Part shown: positions 20,521 through 30,270 of the stretch, in pieces
Layout of the letters: the number at the start of each line of letters is the position of its first letter
Position numbering within the stretch: position 1 is the stretch's first letter
DNA from: an uncultured cyanobacterium
GTDB lineage: Bacteria; Cyanobacteriota; Cyanobacteriia; Pseudanabaenales; Pseudanabaenaceae
Assembly (NCBI GenBank): GCA_963703315.1
Contig: OY969811.1
Span: 1,632,001-1,696,000, forward strand
Direction: 5' to 3'
Length of the DNA stretch: 64,000 nucleotides
Notes under the pieces: generated by a model
Seen by the model: only the letters and a program-made list of their open reading frames with translations
The model's database searches: none
Told to the model about the DNA's origin: nothing
Position numbers and translations under genes: made by a program

Positions 20521-21117
20521 ATGAATTTTCAAACCCTCGACCTCAGTTCAGTGATCACCCTGACTCGCGAAGAGTTTGTGAAAATCTGTGCGGCAAATCC
20601 TGAAATGAAACTTGAACGTACAGCTAAAGGAGAATTGATCGTTATGTCCCCAACGGGTGGTGAAACTGGCAGTTTTAATTCTGAACTAAATTACGAACTA
20701 GTGTCATGGAATCGATCTTCACCAATGAGTAAAACCATCGGCAAAACCTTTGATTCTTCCACAGGCTTCAGTTTGCCCAAGGGTGGCGATCGCTCTCCTG
20801 ATGCTGCATGGATACCTTTAGCCAAATGGGAATCGCTCACTCCCGAGCAACGTCGCGGATTTTTGCCAATCTGTCCTGAATTTCTGATTGAGCTTTTATC
20901 ACCTAGTGATTCATGGAAACAGGGACAGGCAAAGATGGAGGAATATATGGATAATGGCTGTCTTTTAGGATGGTTAATCGATCCGAAAAACAAGCGTGTA
21001 GCTATCTATCGTCAAGGACAACCTGTGGAAATTTTAGAAAATCCCAAAACACTTTCAGGGGAAGAAGTACTACCAAATTTTGTTTTAGATGTCAGTAGTA
21101 TATTTAGCTGGGGCTAA
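20521..21117 (+). CDS. Uma2-family (DUF820) putative endonuclease
   Basis: FDSSTGF...RSPDAAW...CPEFLIELLSPSD...GWLIDP. Confidence 0.92.
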   Translation: MNFQTLDLSSVITLTREEFVKICAANPEMKLERTAKGELIVMSPTGGETGSFNSELNYELVSWNRSSPMSKTIGKTFDSSTGFSLPKGGDRSPDAAWIPLAKWESLTPEQRRGFLPICPEFLIELLSPSDSWKQGQAKMEEYMDNGCLLGWLIDPKNKRVAIYRQGQPVEILENPKTLSGEEVLPNFVLDVSSIFSWG

Positions 21118-21131
21118 GTAGATTGTTGCGG

Positions 21132-22316
21132 TTACGATCGCGTGAGACTGACTGTTTCTGGATCGTATTGAAATTGGTTAAGCGTTCCTTCTTTAATTTT
21201 TTCAACCACCGCTTCAATTATTTCTAGGGGAACAAGAAACCATTCCCTTGGTTGTACTGGTATGCCAAAGCGATCGGGTAGAGCTAATTCCAATCGAGCG
21301 CTGTCGAAAAACTTGTGCAGCAAAGCCTCAAGTTTTTTGGGATTAATATTTGCTAATTTGAAGGTGACGACAATTTCCACATCGGCGAGTAGGTAGGTGG
21401 GATCTTTTTTGGCGTTAGCAATTCGCTTTTTCACGTCGCCAGATGTCACGCCGATCTTGTGGATGACAGAACGATTTTCGATAATAAAGGGATGATCGCA
21501 TTGGCTTCTCAGCACATAAATGTAACCCGTTGGCAAGTCATCTGCGGCTTCAGTACTGAGAAAAAGTGGTCCCAGATCGGGAGTGGTGATGCGGCGACTG
21601 GTTTTGTCTTTATTTAGAGCGCGTTGCAGCGATCGCAATAATAAATCACTCTCAGTACCATTGTCATAAACAACTCGTAAGCGAGAGTTAGGCAGACCAT
21701 AATCACTGGTAAACCATTCTCCCATTTCGGCAACGATGACTTTCTGCCCATCAAGGATAAACAGATCGTTGAGGTTAATGGTGGCATTGTCTTGATATTT
21801 GATGGTTTGCCGATCGCCTGTTTTTAACTGGTGCTGCACTTGATCAAAGATTGGCTTGAACTGCTCGAAGTCTTGGCAGGGATTACGTTGGGCGATTTCT
21901 TCGGCGGCTTTAATTTCTTGGCGCGATCGCACATAGGTAAGACGGGTAATATCTTGGGCTGAATCGGTTTCAACTTTAAGAGCAGCAAGTAGCTCTTCAT
22001 CTGAGATCTTTTCAGCAGTTAGCTCGACATCTTTATCAGCATCCAATAGACCGTGAGAGTCTAGCGGTTTCAGGATGGCACGACATTCTTCCGATTCCCG
22101 CAGGCGATCAAGCCTCACGGCATAGATCCGCTCGAAGATATCGCAGTCTTCCCTGTGCTGGGGCAGTCTGCCCTGTTCTTCCACAAATCGCTCGATTTCC
22201 TCAAAGCCTGCGACAATGCGTTCCTCTGTAGCCGACCGACCATTATTTTGGGGAGACTGAGCAAAGCCGTCAAGTTCTGACCTTAGTTCATCGAGATCTA
22301 TATCACTATTACTCAT
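21132..22316 (-). CDS. YeeC-like GIY-YIG/T5orf172-family nuclease
   Basis: GYIYVLRS...HKIGVT...LEALLHKFF...PREWF; start overlaps the helicase stop. Confidence 0.85.
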   Translation of the reverse strand: MSNSDIDLDELRSELDGFAQSPQNNGRSATEERIVAGFEEIERFVEEQGRLPQHREDCDIFERIYAVRLDRLRESEECRAILKPLDSHGLLDADKDVELTAEKISDEELLAALKVETDSAQDITRLTYVRSRQEIKAAEEIAQRNPCQDFEQFKPIFDQVQHQLKTGDRQTIKYQDNATINLNDLFILDGQKVIVAEMGEWFTSDYGLPNSRLRVVYDNGTESDLLLRSLQRALNKDKTSRRITTPDLGPLFLSTEAADDLPTGYIYVLRSQCDHPFIIENRSVIHKIGVTSGDVKKRIANAKKDPTYLLADVEIVVTFKLANINPKKLEALLHKFFDSARLELALPDRFGIPVQPREWFLVPLEIIEAVVEKIKEGTLNQFQYDPETVSLTRS

Positions 22317-24447
22317 AACGTCCTTCATCCTTAAAGCGAACAAATGCGGCAGCACCTTCAGCCATACGCTTTTCCCAAGCATCGGGTGAATTAGCCGATG
22401 GTAGCCTTCCTCTTTCCTTTTTGAATTTGAAAGCTCGTACAGCAAGTTCTTTGGCTTCTTCGGGAGTCAGACTCGTGCGCTTGGCGGCAATTACTTCAGC
22501 GATCTGTTTGAGTCGTTCTTCGGTCATCGACTTGGCGAGGATGGCGTAGGCTTCGCCGAAGGGATTGATGCGATCGATTAAATCAATATCTAGTTCAGTG
22601 ACGGAGAAGGCGAACTGACGCACACCGTCAATCAAAGCTGTGTTTGGAGATGGCTCTTGATCTGGTTGATCTAATTGACGCTCTGATTGATCGAGAGAAT
22701 CGGTGGATTCAGGGAAAGCGATCGCACTGGGATTAAGCGTGTAGCCGTTACCTAACTCATTTAGGGATTTCTTGGCTTGTTGAATGACGTTTAGAGCGGC
22801 GATCGCGTGTTGACGCACTGCTTCTTGATCCTGTTCTTCGAGGATGGGAAACTTCTCTTTGACGATTTTGCCCATGCGGACTTGGGTTAATTCTTCGGGA
22901 ACCAACTCCTCATCGAATAGACCACGCTCGATTGCCTGTTTATCTTGGACAAAGGCTGTCACCAGTTCTGTTAAATCTTCGCGACAAATCCGTTTTGCTT
23001 CTTTACTTTTGGGTTCTGCTAGTCCCTTAATTTCTAATTGAATCTGACCCGTCTCTGGATTAATCCCCACATTACATTTATTGGGATCGTAGCCCTCTGC
23101 ACCATAGTCATAGCCTTCTGTCGGTTGATTGTCAGGGCGTTTGGGTTTGAACTCGAAGCGCGGCGCAAGAACTTGTTCCATTAATAGACTGGCGGCGATC
23201 GCTTTCAAGGTGTCATTTACGGCTTCGGTGACGGCTTCTTCACTGGCATCGGGTTCGGCGATGAGATTGGTGAAACGGGCGCGATATTTATTGGGTGCGT
23301 CACGAGTGGCGCGTCCGATGATCTGGATAATTTCGGTGAGGCTGGAGCGATAGCCAATGGTGAGAGCGTGTTCGCACCAAATCCAATCGAAGCCTTCCTT
23401 TGCCATGCCGAGGGCGATGATGATATCCACATGAGCGCGGTTATGTTTTTGGGTGGGATCTTTGAGCGCCGATGTCACTTTGTCCCGTTTAGCGGGATCA
23501 TCATCGACTAAATCCGCAATTTTTAAGATTGTCCCATCGGCAGTTTTGACTAGTTGAAAGCCTGTCTCTGGATCGGCTCCTTGCCATTCTCCTAATTCTT
23601 CAATAATATGTTCCACTTCGCGAATTTTGTCCTTAGTGCTTTCGCGAGAGTTGACATTGGGAATATGCAGAATCGTTTTCTCTTTGGGATTGAGAACCTG
23701 CATAATTTCATCGGCATAGCTACCCGCATAAAAGTAATAGCCTATGTCCAGTTGCTTGAGATATTGGTAGCCGTTGAGTTGTTCGTAATAGGTGTATTTA
23801 ACGGGTTCAAATTTGGCTTCGTCTTCGGGGTGCAGTACGGCGATCGCATCACCACGAAAGTAAGAGCCAGTCATGGCGACAATGTGGGTTTTGTCCCTTG
23901 CCATCAGTTGACCGACATATTCACCTAGTTTGTTATTGGGATTTGCGGAAACATGGTGAAATTCATCAATGGCGATCAAGCGCTGATCAAATGCCTCAAT
24001 GCCAAATTTATCAACGGCAAAGCGGAAGGTGGCATGGGTACAGATCAAAATCTTGACTGCACTATCGAGAAATTTCTGCACCGATTCGACTTTGCCGCCA
24101 TCGTTGCCAGCCGCATCGCAAAGGTTCCATTTGGGTTCTACTTGCCAATCTGCCCAAAAGCCATACTGAGTAAGTGTCTCGTTGTGAAAACTAGCACCAA
24201 TGGATTTTTCAGGAACGACGACGATCGCCTGTTTGAGTCCCTGATTTTCGAGTTTGTCGAGGGCGATAAACATCAGGGCGCGACTTTTGCCAGAGGCGGG
24301 GGGAGATTTGATTAATAAATATTGTTCGCCGCGTTTTTGGTAAGCGCGTTCTTGCATGGGGCGCATACCGAGGGCGTTGGGTTGGGTGGATGTGCCGTTG
24401 TGGGCGTAGGTGACGGAGACGGAGGGGATGGCTTTGGGTTTACTCAT
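22309..24447 (-). CDS. YeeB-like SF2 (DEAD/DEAH) helicase
   Basis: PPASGKS, IDEFHH, MTGS and QIIGRATR motifs. Confidence 0.88.
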   Translation of the reverse strand: MSKPKAIPSVSVTYAHNGTSTQPNALGMRPMQERAYQKRGEQYLLIKSPPASGKSRALMFIALDKLENQGLKQAIVVVPEKSIGASFHNETLTQYGFWADWQVEPKWNLCDAAGNDGGKVESVQKFLDSAVKILICTHATFRFAVDKFGIEAFDQRLIAIDEFHHVSANPNNKLGEYVGQLMARDKTHIVAMTGSYFRGDAIAVLHPEDEAKFEPVKYTYYEQLNGYQYLKQLDIGYYFYAGSYADEIMQVLNPKEKTILHIPNVNSRESTKDKIREVEHIIEELGEWQGADPETGFQLVKTADGTILKIADLVDDDPAKRDKVTSALKDPTQKHNRAHVDIIIALGMAKEGFDWIWCEHALTIGYRSSLTEIIQIIGRATRDAPNKYRARFTNLIAEPDASEEAVTEAVNDTLKAIAASLLMEQVLAPRFEFKPKRPDNQPTEGYDYGAEGYDPNKCNVGINPETGQIQLEIKGLAEPKSKEAKRICREDLTELVTAFVQDKQAIERGLFDEELVPEELTQVRMGKIVKEKFPILEEQDQEAVRQHAIAALNVIQQAKKSLNELGNGYTLNPSAIAFPESTDSLDQSERQLDQPDQEPSPNTALIDGVRQFAFSVTELDIDLIDRINPFGEAYAILAKSMTEERLKQIAEVIAAKRTSLTPEEAKELAVRAFKFKKERGRLPSANSPDAWEKRMAEGAAAFVRFKDEGRYE

Positions 24448-24459
24448 GGATATTTTTGA

Positions 24460-24867
24460 CTAGATCTGGTTGAGGATTTCTGTTGGGGAGTAAACAGGGA
24501 GGCTGCTACCGATGAAGTCTTTACGATCGCGGATTACGATCGCATCAAGCTGGGCAATAGTAGCACAGGCAAGTTGAATACTGTCTTCAAAGTCTTTCAG
24601 TCCAAGAGTAAGAGCCGTTGTAACAGTTTGGTGATCGACGGCACAAAATTGGAGTCCTATCAAGAGTTGATTAATGGCGGCAATAGCAACTTCACGACCT
24701 TCAGTTTTACGAATGATGTAGAAAATATTGGTGATGGTGGTTGCCGCAATATACCCTGCCAAATTACCTCTTTCAATTTGTTCAAAGAGGGCAATCGCAC
24801 TTGTGGCAAATGGTTCTCTTTCTAGGAGTAGATCGAGAACAACGTTGGTATCGATGAGAATTTTCAT
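24460..24867 (-). CDS. PIN-domain toxin
   Basis: ILIDTNVVLD...DFEDSIQLACA...RDRKDF. Confidence 0.88.
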   Translation of the reverse strand: MKILIDTNVVLDLLLEREPFATSAIALFEQIERGNLAGYIAATTITNIFYIIRKTEGREVAIAAINQLLIGLQFCAVDHQTVTTALTLGLKDFEDSIQLACATIAQLDAIVIRDRKDFIGSSLPVYSPTEILNQI

Positions 24868-24875
24868 AGACAGGC

Positions 24876-25118
24876 TTACAGGTATTTTTGGGTGAGATAG
24901 TCTGTATATTCGGATTGCAGATCTTGATCGCTAGGTGTTGAGTCAGCACGTTTGGCAATACCAAGAAGTCCAGTGAGTGTACCAAGGGGAATCACTTGGG
25001 ATGGATTGTGCTGTTTTTGGTGGAGAGACTCAGCGAAGTAAAAAATTTGGTTGATTTGGTCTTCTGGAAGGGTTTGGATAAGTTGATAGAGCTTTTCAGT
25101 AGTTGTCATGATCTTCAT
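24876..25118 (-). CDS. Putative antitoxin (DUF2281-like)
   Basis: Small ORF directly upstream of the PIN gene; LIQTLPEDQINQIFYFAE...YLTQKY. Confidence 0.7.
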   Translation of the reverse strand: MKIMTTTEKLYQLIQTLPEDQINQIFYFAESLHQKQHNPSQVIPLGTLTGLLGIAKRADSTPSDQDLQSEYTDYLTQKYL

Positions 25119-25145
25119 GGGGTAGGGATGTTTTATATTGACTAA

Positions 25146-25988
25146 TTAATTATCCAAAATATCGGGATTTTTAATAGATTTTTTCTCGTCTGAGGCAAGC
25201 CGCCGCTCAACTTTTTTGACATCTTCAGCAGGGGGCAAAGATTCTGGACGAATCCCCCTTTCTAGTAATGTCTTGCGAACTGCTTGATTATTTGTGATGT
25301 GTTCGCTAGAAATTTCTGGCTCTGTCGTCATTTGGTTTTGCTGTGCATTAAAGATCGTAATTTCGGCAGCAAAATCTTTAGCTTTGAGGATAATTGTGGG
25401 TGCAAAGTCTGCAAGAGGTTTGCTATCAGGTACTTTCCACTGAGCTTTCATGGCTTGTGTCGATTTTCCAAATAGGGCGGTGTCTCCTTTACTGCGAATT
25501 GAGGCAAAATTGCGATCGCTACCTGTTTGTTCGTAAATGACTCTCGAAAGTTCTTTTTCGGTTTCTGAAAGTTTTTTTCTAGCAGAAACTCGCTCAACTT
25601 CTAGCAAGCGTTGCTCAATTAACTCGGCTTTTCTGGTTTGAACTGCAAAATATGTCTGAGCAAAGGCAATTTCTTGTTTGCGCGGATCGCCATTTTGGGC
25701 AATCAGGTAACAGGCATAGCGGGTAAGCATGATGTCATCGACCTCTCTTTGACTGCCAGAGCCAAGATCGACCATTTTCCCGACGTTAGCAAAATGGTCA
25801 GCCACGTCATGATCTGAAACTTCGCAAGCCGTTTTTGCTTTGGAAACAACATTTAAAAAGTTATCCCATTTTGTATAGCCTAAAAGATGTTGGAGGTCAC
25901 GGGCAAGCCAATATTCGATGCCATTTTCAGTCTGTTGAGCGTGGGCTTCAAAGTTGTCGGTTAGAGAGTTGATCGTGTCTTTTTGCAT
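25146..25988 (-). CDS. dinD: DNA-damage-inducible protein D (Bro-N-like)
   Basis: EYWLARDLQHLLGY, LTRYACYLIAQNGDPRK, PESLPPAEDVKKVERRL. Confidence 0.85.
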   Translation of the reverse strand: MQKDTINSLTDNFEAHAQQTENGIEYWLARDLQHLLGYTKWDNFLNVVSKAKTACEVSDHDVADHFANVGKMVDLGSGSQREVDDIMLTRYACYLIAQNGDPRKQEIAFAQTYFAVQTRKAELIEQRLLEVERVSARKKLSETEKELSRVIYEQTGSDRNFASIRSKGDTALFGKSTQAMKAQWKVPDSKPLADFAPTIILKAKDFAAEITIFNAQQNQMTTEPEISSEHITNNQAVRKTLLERGIRPESLPPAEDVKKVERRLASDEKKSIKNPDILDN

Positions 25989-26135
25989 GGTCTTGTTTAA
26001 ATTGTGTTTTTATTTTAGGTTTAGTATATTTTTTGTAAATCTGGCTGTCTGGTGATTTTTCTAATCTTTCTGTGTCGCTGATAGCTTGCGATCGCGCTCA
26101 AGTACATCTCAAATAGTATAAACATAATTAATTTG

Positions 26136-26205
26136 GTAGGGGCAGAGCATTCCTGCAACTATTTATTTGGATCACTAGGTTTTATATACAGGAATGCTCT
26201 GCCCT
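26136..26205. repeat. GTAG-type REP-like inverted repeat
   Basis: GTAG followed by 16-bp perfect IR GGGCAGAGCATTCCTG / CAGGAATGCTCTGCCC. Confidence 0.7.
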
Positions 26206-26275
26206 GAATTTAGCGCGATCGCTGATTAATTCTCAACTGCGGAAAGGGTAATAATCCGCACGATCATCTACAAGA

Positions 26276-26374
26276 CCCTCACCCCTAGCCCCTCTCCCAA
26301 AAGGGGAGAGGGGAACAAGAAATTAGTCTTGCTCCCCCTCTCCCTTAATGGGAGAGGGGGCTGGGGGGTGAGGG
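26276..26374. repeat. 99-bp CCCTCACCCC...GGGGTGAGGG palindromic element, intergenic copy
   Basis: Same length and ends as the three copies inside the methyltransferase; opposite orientation. Confidence 0.9.
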
Positions 26375-26380
26375 CGATAT

Positions 26381-29300
26381 TTATGACTTGGGTTTTCGTT
26401 TGCTAGAAGGTTTCCCTGTCTCTTGTTTACTGGTCATTTTGCTGTACATCTCAAACAACTTCTCTAATCGCTCGGTGTCATTTTTAAACCGCCGCCCGAT
26501 GTAAATCCGTTCAATTATTTCGTCATTTCTCTCGTGGGCTTGTCTGACTAATGGGAATTCGCTGTCCATTCTGTCGCGATCGTACATATCGGCAATGGTG
26601 GCAGGAAAGTAATGCTCTCTGGCTAACAATATGTCTTCGGCGCAACGGGTGAGGTCGGTTTTGTTTTGTTCGGTGAGGGTGGGGACGGGGAAGGTGTTCC
26701 AGCCGAGGGTGTTGGAGTAGCGAAAGCTGGTTCCCATTCTTCCACAGACGGTGGCGATCCAGACTAAATGTAATCGTGAGGCGATCAGTGCCATGTTCCA
26801 AAGTGGATCATCGTAAAGAGCAAAAGCAAGATTGCTAACAATAGTTCCTGCTGGACAATAGCCTACAGGCAGATATTCACGACTCTCCGATGAAACACTT
26901 GGTACAATTAGTAATGTTTCAGTTCCAGTTTGACGGACTTCATCAAATCGATGTGGATATTTTGCTCCTTCACGAGTTGCGAGCTTTGAACTAGATAAGC
27001 GCATCATACGAACAGCTTCGATACGTTTATTAATTGCTGGAATCTCATTTGCTTTTGTAGCAGCTTCGTCAGAAATCCATAAACAAAATCTCTGTAAACC
27101 TCTTATAAATTCGACAGATCCCAGAAAAGAACGAACAAGAAGTAACTTTTGATTCATGGAAAGGTTGATTCCTTTTAATTCTTCTGATGATAAAAGTAGA
27201 TTTCCACCATCAACAGGCTTACTGCCAAAACTCATTTCAGAGATATCACTTAATGGCTTTGCTGATTTTTCAACGATTACATTTACTCCACTTACCAAAT
27301 AAGCATTAATATTTATCGCTTCCTTAGCTATTGTTTGTCCTTTATCTTCAACAGAAAATAAACATTTTGCCCTATCCCATTGCTGAGAAATTCCCACCAT
27401 CACCACTATCACCCCAGCGTTATGAGTTGCTAGATTTGCCCATTTGAAAGAAGTATGAGCAAAAGCAATTTCATGACCAGTTGCAAAAATTAGTGACCAG
27501 AGAATTGATACTTGTTGCCCCTGACAAATAGAATTAGTCGAAACAAACGCCGCCGCCGATTGGGTTTGGGTTCCATAATCAGCAGCCTTCATAAACCAAC
27601 CCGCCACATAATCTAGCGACTTCCATAACTTAGTACGTCCATCAAAAATTTGTTTTAAATCATCCTTCTGTTCCTTCGATTGCCAAGTAGAACCCAAATA
27701 AGGCGGATTTCCACAAATATAAGTTTCTCCTCCCTCATTTTTAAAATCAATCTCAGCCTCATCCCGCGTCTCTTGCCACAAATCCAAATCCTCACGCTGC
27801 ACAGTTACACCCTTACCCGTTGGCGGACACAAACTCAACCAATCCAACCGCAACGCATTCCCACAAGTAATCCAATTATCACTCTTTAACGGCAAAAACT
27901 CCGCCAGCGCCAACATTTGCCCCCGATACAACACATCACACTGATACTCCGCAATAATCAACGCCAACCGCGCCACCTCCACCGCAAAATGCCGAATTTC
28001 AATCCCCCGAAAATTGGTTAACGGAATATCTGACTTGCGATCGCCCTCACCCCGCCGCCGATTGATTTCCGCCTCAAGCGATCGCATCTCCTTATAAGCA
28101 ATCACCAAAAAATTCCCCGACCCACAAGCAGGATCAAACACCCGAATCTTCGCCATCCGTAGCCGCAAATTCAACAACTTCCGCCCATTGTCTCCCGCCG
28201 CATCTAACTGAGCGCGAAGATCATCCAAAAACAACGGATTCAGCACCTTCAAGATATTCGGCACACTCGTATAGTGCATCCCCAACGTGCCGCGCTCCTC
28301 ATCATCAGCGATCGCCTGAATCATCGACCCAAAAATGTCAGGATTAATCCGCTTCCAGTCCAAATTGCCAATATGCAACAAATACGATCGCGCAATCTTA
28401 CTAAAACGGGGTATACCCTCACCCCCAGCCCCTCTCCCAGAACGGGAGAGGGGAGTAAGAGATTTTTCTTGTCCCCCTTCTCCCTCCTTGGGAGAAGGGG
28501 CTAGGGGATGAGGGCGATTTACAAACTTAAGACCCTCACCCCCAGCCCCTCTCCCAGTAGGGGAGAGGGGAGTAAGAGGAGATTCTTGTCCCCCTTCTCC
28601 CTCCTTGGGAGAAGGGGTTAGGGGATGAGGGTTAAACCCCTGCCGTACAAGAGTTAATGCTTGATCTAAATTTGTCTCGACTAATTCACTAGATACACGA
28701 ACCACCCTCAAGCCCAAGGATTCAAGTAGCTCTTGTCGTTGACGATCTGCTGCTTGCTGTGAGTCATGCACACCGCCATCAACTTCAACAATTAGTCGTT
28801 CTGCCCCACAGAAAAAATCAACAATGAACGCTCCGATTGACTGTTGTCGCCTGAATTTGCGTCCTTCTAGCTTGCGTCCGCGCAGAGCTTGCCAAAGAAT
28901 ATTTTCACTGGGAGTAGGTTCTTTGCGAAATTGACGAGCCACCTCAGTCATTTTTTGCTTAAGTTCAGGAGGAATTGACCAGTACTCGCCTGAATCAATA
29001 CCCTCACCCCCAGCCCCTCGCCCAAAGGGGGAGAGGGGAGTAAGAGATTTTTCTTGTTCCCTCTCTCCCTTCTTGGGAGAGGGGGCTAGGGGGTGAGGGC
29101 GATCCACAGGATGAGAGCTAAACAACCCTCCATTCACATAAGGAAAAACATTTGCCCAATTGCGAATCCCTAACGCCTCGCGCTCCTGTAATGGTGTCGC
29201 CATCGCCCGAAACAACTCCGCCAAAATCTCATGGGTATTTTCACCATCACTCATCTGCGCGATCGCCTGTGTAAACAACCCATCGCCACTAAAAATATTC

Positions 29301-29869
29301 GTATCTTCCGCAAAAAAACAGAAAATCAACCGCGCCATAAAATGATTAAAATCTTCACGGCGATCGCCCTGATCCCAATCAGGATTATCCTTCAACAACT
29401 CCACATAAAGCCGATTTAGCCGCCCCGTCGCCTTAATATCAAAGGCATTTTCCCGAATTTGCTTAACCGTCGTAATCCCTGCCAACGGCAAGAAAAAGCC
29501 AAAATGATCCGCAAATTTTGGGTATGCACAGGCGATCGTCTCCCCATCCACCAGATTTTCTGCCTCAAAGCTCTCGCCATCCGTCGCCAGAATAAACTTT
29601 GCCTTGTGCTTAGTCGTGGCTGAACTCTCCCGCAAAGCCGTCAAAGTTGCCGATACATCCCCCTCAGCGCAAACCTTCAGATGAATATTATTCCGTTGCA
29701 GCACTCCACCCACATCAGACTGATTCGAGCTACCCTGCTCACTCCTGAGCCGCTTGAGCGTAGTCGCCTTATTGCCAAAAGCCTCTAAAAACGCAAAAGG
29801 AAACTCCGATCCATCAAAAGGTGCTTCCGCCAACCGAGAAACCGCTTCTTCAATTTCGACTGCATTCAT
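26381..29869 (-). CDS. YeeA/MmeI-like N6-adenine DNA methyltransferase with in-frame DUF559 insertion
   Basis: MNAVEIEEAVS start, FDPACGSGNFL (motif I), GNPPY (motif IV), C-terminal TRD region, KNDTERLEKLFEMY end. Confidence 0.9.
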   Translation of the reverse strand: MNAVEIEEAVSRLAEAPFDGSEFPFAFLEAFGNKATTLKRLRSEQGSSNQSDVGGVLQRNNIHLKVCAEGDVSATLTALRESSATTKHKAKFILATDGESFEAENLVDGETIACAYPKFADHFGFFLPLAGITTVKQIRENAFDIKATGRLNRLYVELLKDNPDWDQGDRREDFNHFMARLIFCFFAEDTNIFSGDGLFTQAIAQMSDGENTHEILAELFRAMATPLQEREALGIRNWANVFPYVNGGLFSSHPVDRPHPLAPSPKKGEREQEKSLTPLSPFGRGAGGEGIDSGEYWSIPPELKQKMTEVARQFRKEPTPSENILWQALRGRKLEGRKFRRQQSIGAFIVDFFCGAERLIVEVDGGVHDSQQAADRQRQELLESLGLRVVRVSSELVETNLDQALTLVRQGFNPHPLTPSPKEGEGGQESPLTPLSPTGRGAGGEGLKFVNRPHPLAPSPKEGEGGQEKSLTPLSRSGRGAGGEGIPRFSKIARSYLLHIGNLDWKRINPDIFGSMIQAIADDEERGTLGMHYTSVPNILKVLNPLFLDDLRAQLDAAGDNGRKLLNLRLRMAKIRVFDPACGSGNFLVIAYKEMRSLEAEINRRRGEGDRKSDIPLTNFRGIEIRHFAVEVARLALIIAEYQCDVLYRGQMLALAEFLPLKSDNWITCGNALRLDWLSLCPPTGKGVTVQREDLDLWQETRDEAEIDFKNEGGETYICGNPPYLGSTWQSKEQKDDLKQIFDGRTKLWKSLDYVAGWFMKAADYGTQTQSAAAFVSTNSICQGQQVSILWSLIFATGHEIAFAHTSFKWANLATHNAGVIVVMVGISQQWDRAKCLFSVEDKGQTIAKEAININAYLVSGVNVIVEKSAKPLSDISEMSFGSKPVDGGNLLLSSEELKGINLSMNQKLLLVRSFLGSVEFIRGLQRFCLWISDEAATKANEIPAINKRIEAVRMMRLSSSKLATREGAKYPHRFDEVRQTGTETLLIVPSVSSESREYLPVGYCPAGTIVSNLAFALYDDPLWNMALIASRLHLVWIATVCGRMGTSFRYSNTLGWNTFPVPTLTEQNKTDLTRCAEDILLAREHYFPATIADMYDRDRMDSEFPLVRQAHERNDEIIERIYIGRRFKNDTERLEKLFEMYSKMTSKQETGKPSSKRKPKS
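28416..29099 (-). mobile_element. In-frame repeat-DUF559-repeat-repeat insertion
   Basis: 99-bp repeats at 29001-29099, 28533-28631 and 28416-28514 flank ARQFRKEPTPSENILWQALR...FRRQ...IVDF...EVDGGVH (DUF559/Vsr-like). Confidence 0.8.
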
Positions 29870-30270
29870 ACGCTAACCATCTTCAGGTTTTATTCCTTAA
29901 GCAAATCTTGCCTCGCTATGTTACCAAAAAATTCATGTTAAAATCGAGCCAATGTATCTCTAGAGAGCTACTATGCAAACCACCGAAGCGCTAGTTAAAA
30001 CTTCTGACTTCTCCCCCGTTCCCACAAATCCAAGCGGAATCCCCCGACTGGTTTTATGTTCCCAATGTCTCGCCGCTTCTTGATGGTGAATATCGCCGTT
30101 CATACGTGCTATGGAAAGAGTTTGTCGCACCCTTACTTAATTGCGATTGAATTTGTGTAGTGAAGTCAAGATTTTGTGAATCACTGTAAATTTACATTTA
30201 TATTCCCTTAGATTCATAATAGCTGTACAATCCCGTGTATTTAGTACTTTTGTAACTTTCGTCAGCAGCT

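Noticed and set aside
28416..29099. DUF559 insertion as an intein or intron
   Set aside because: No Cys/Ser start or His-Asn end and no intron features; the boundaries are DNA palindromes.
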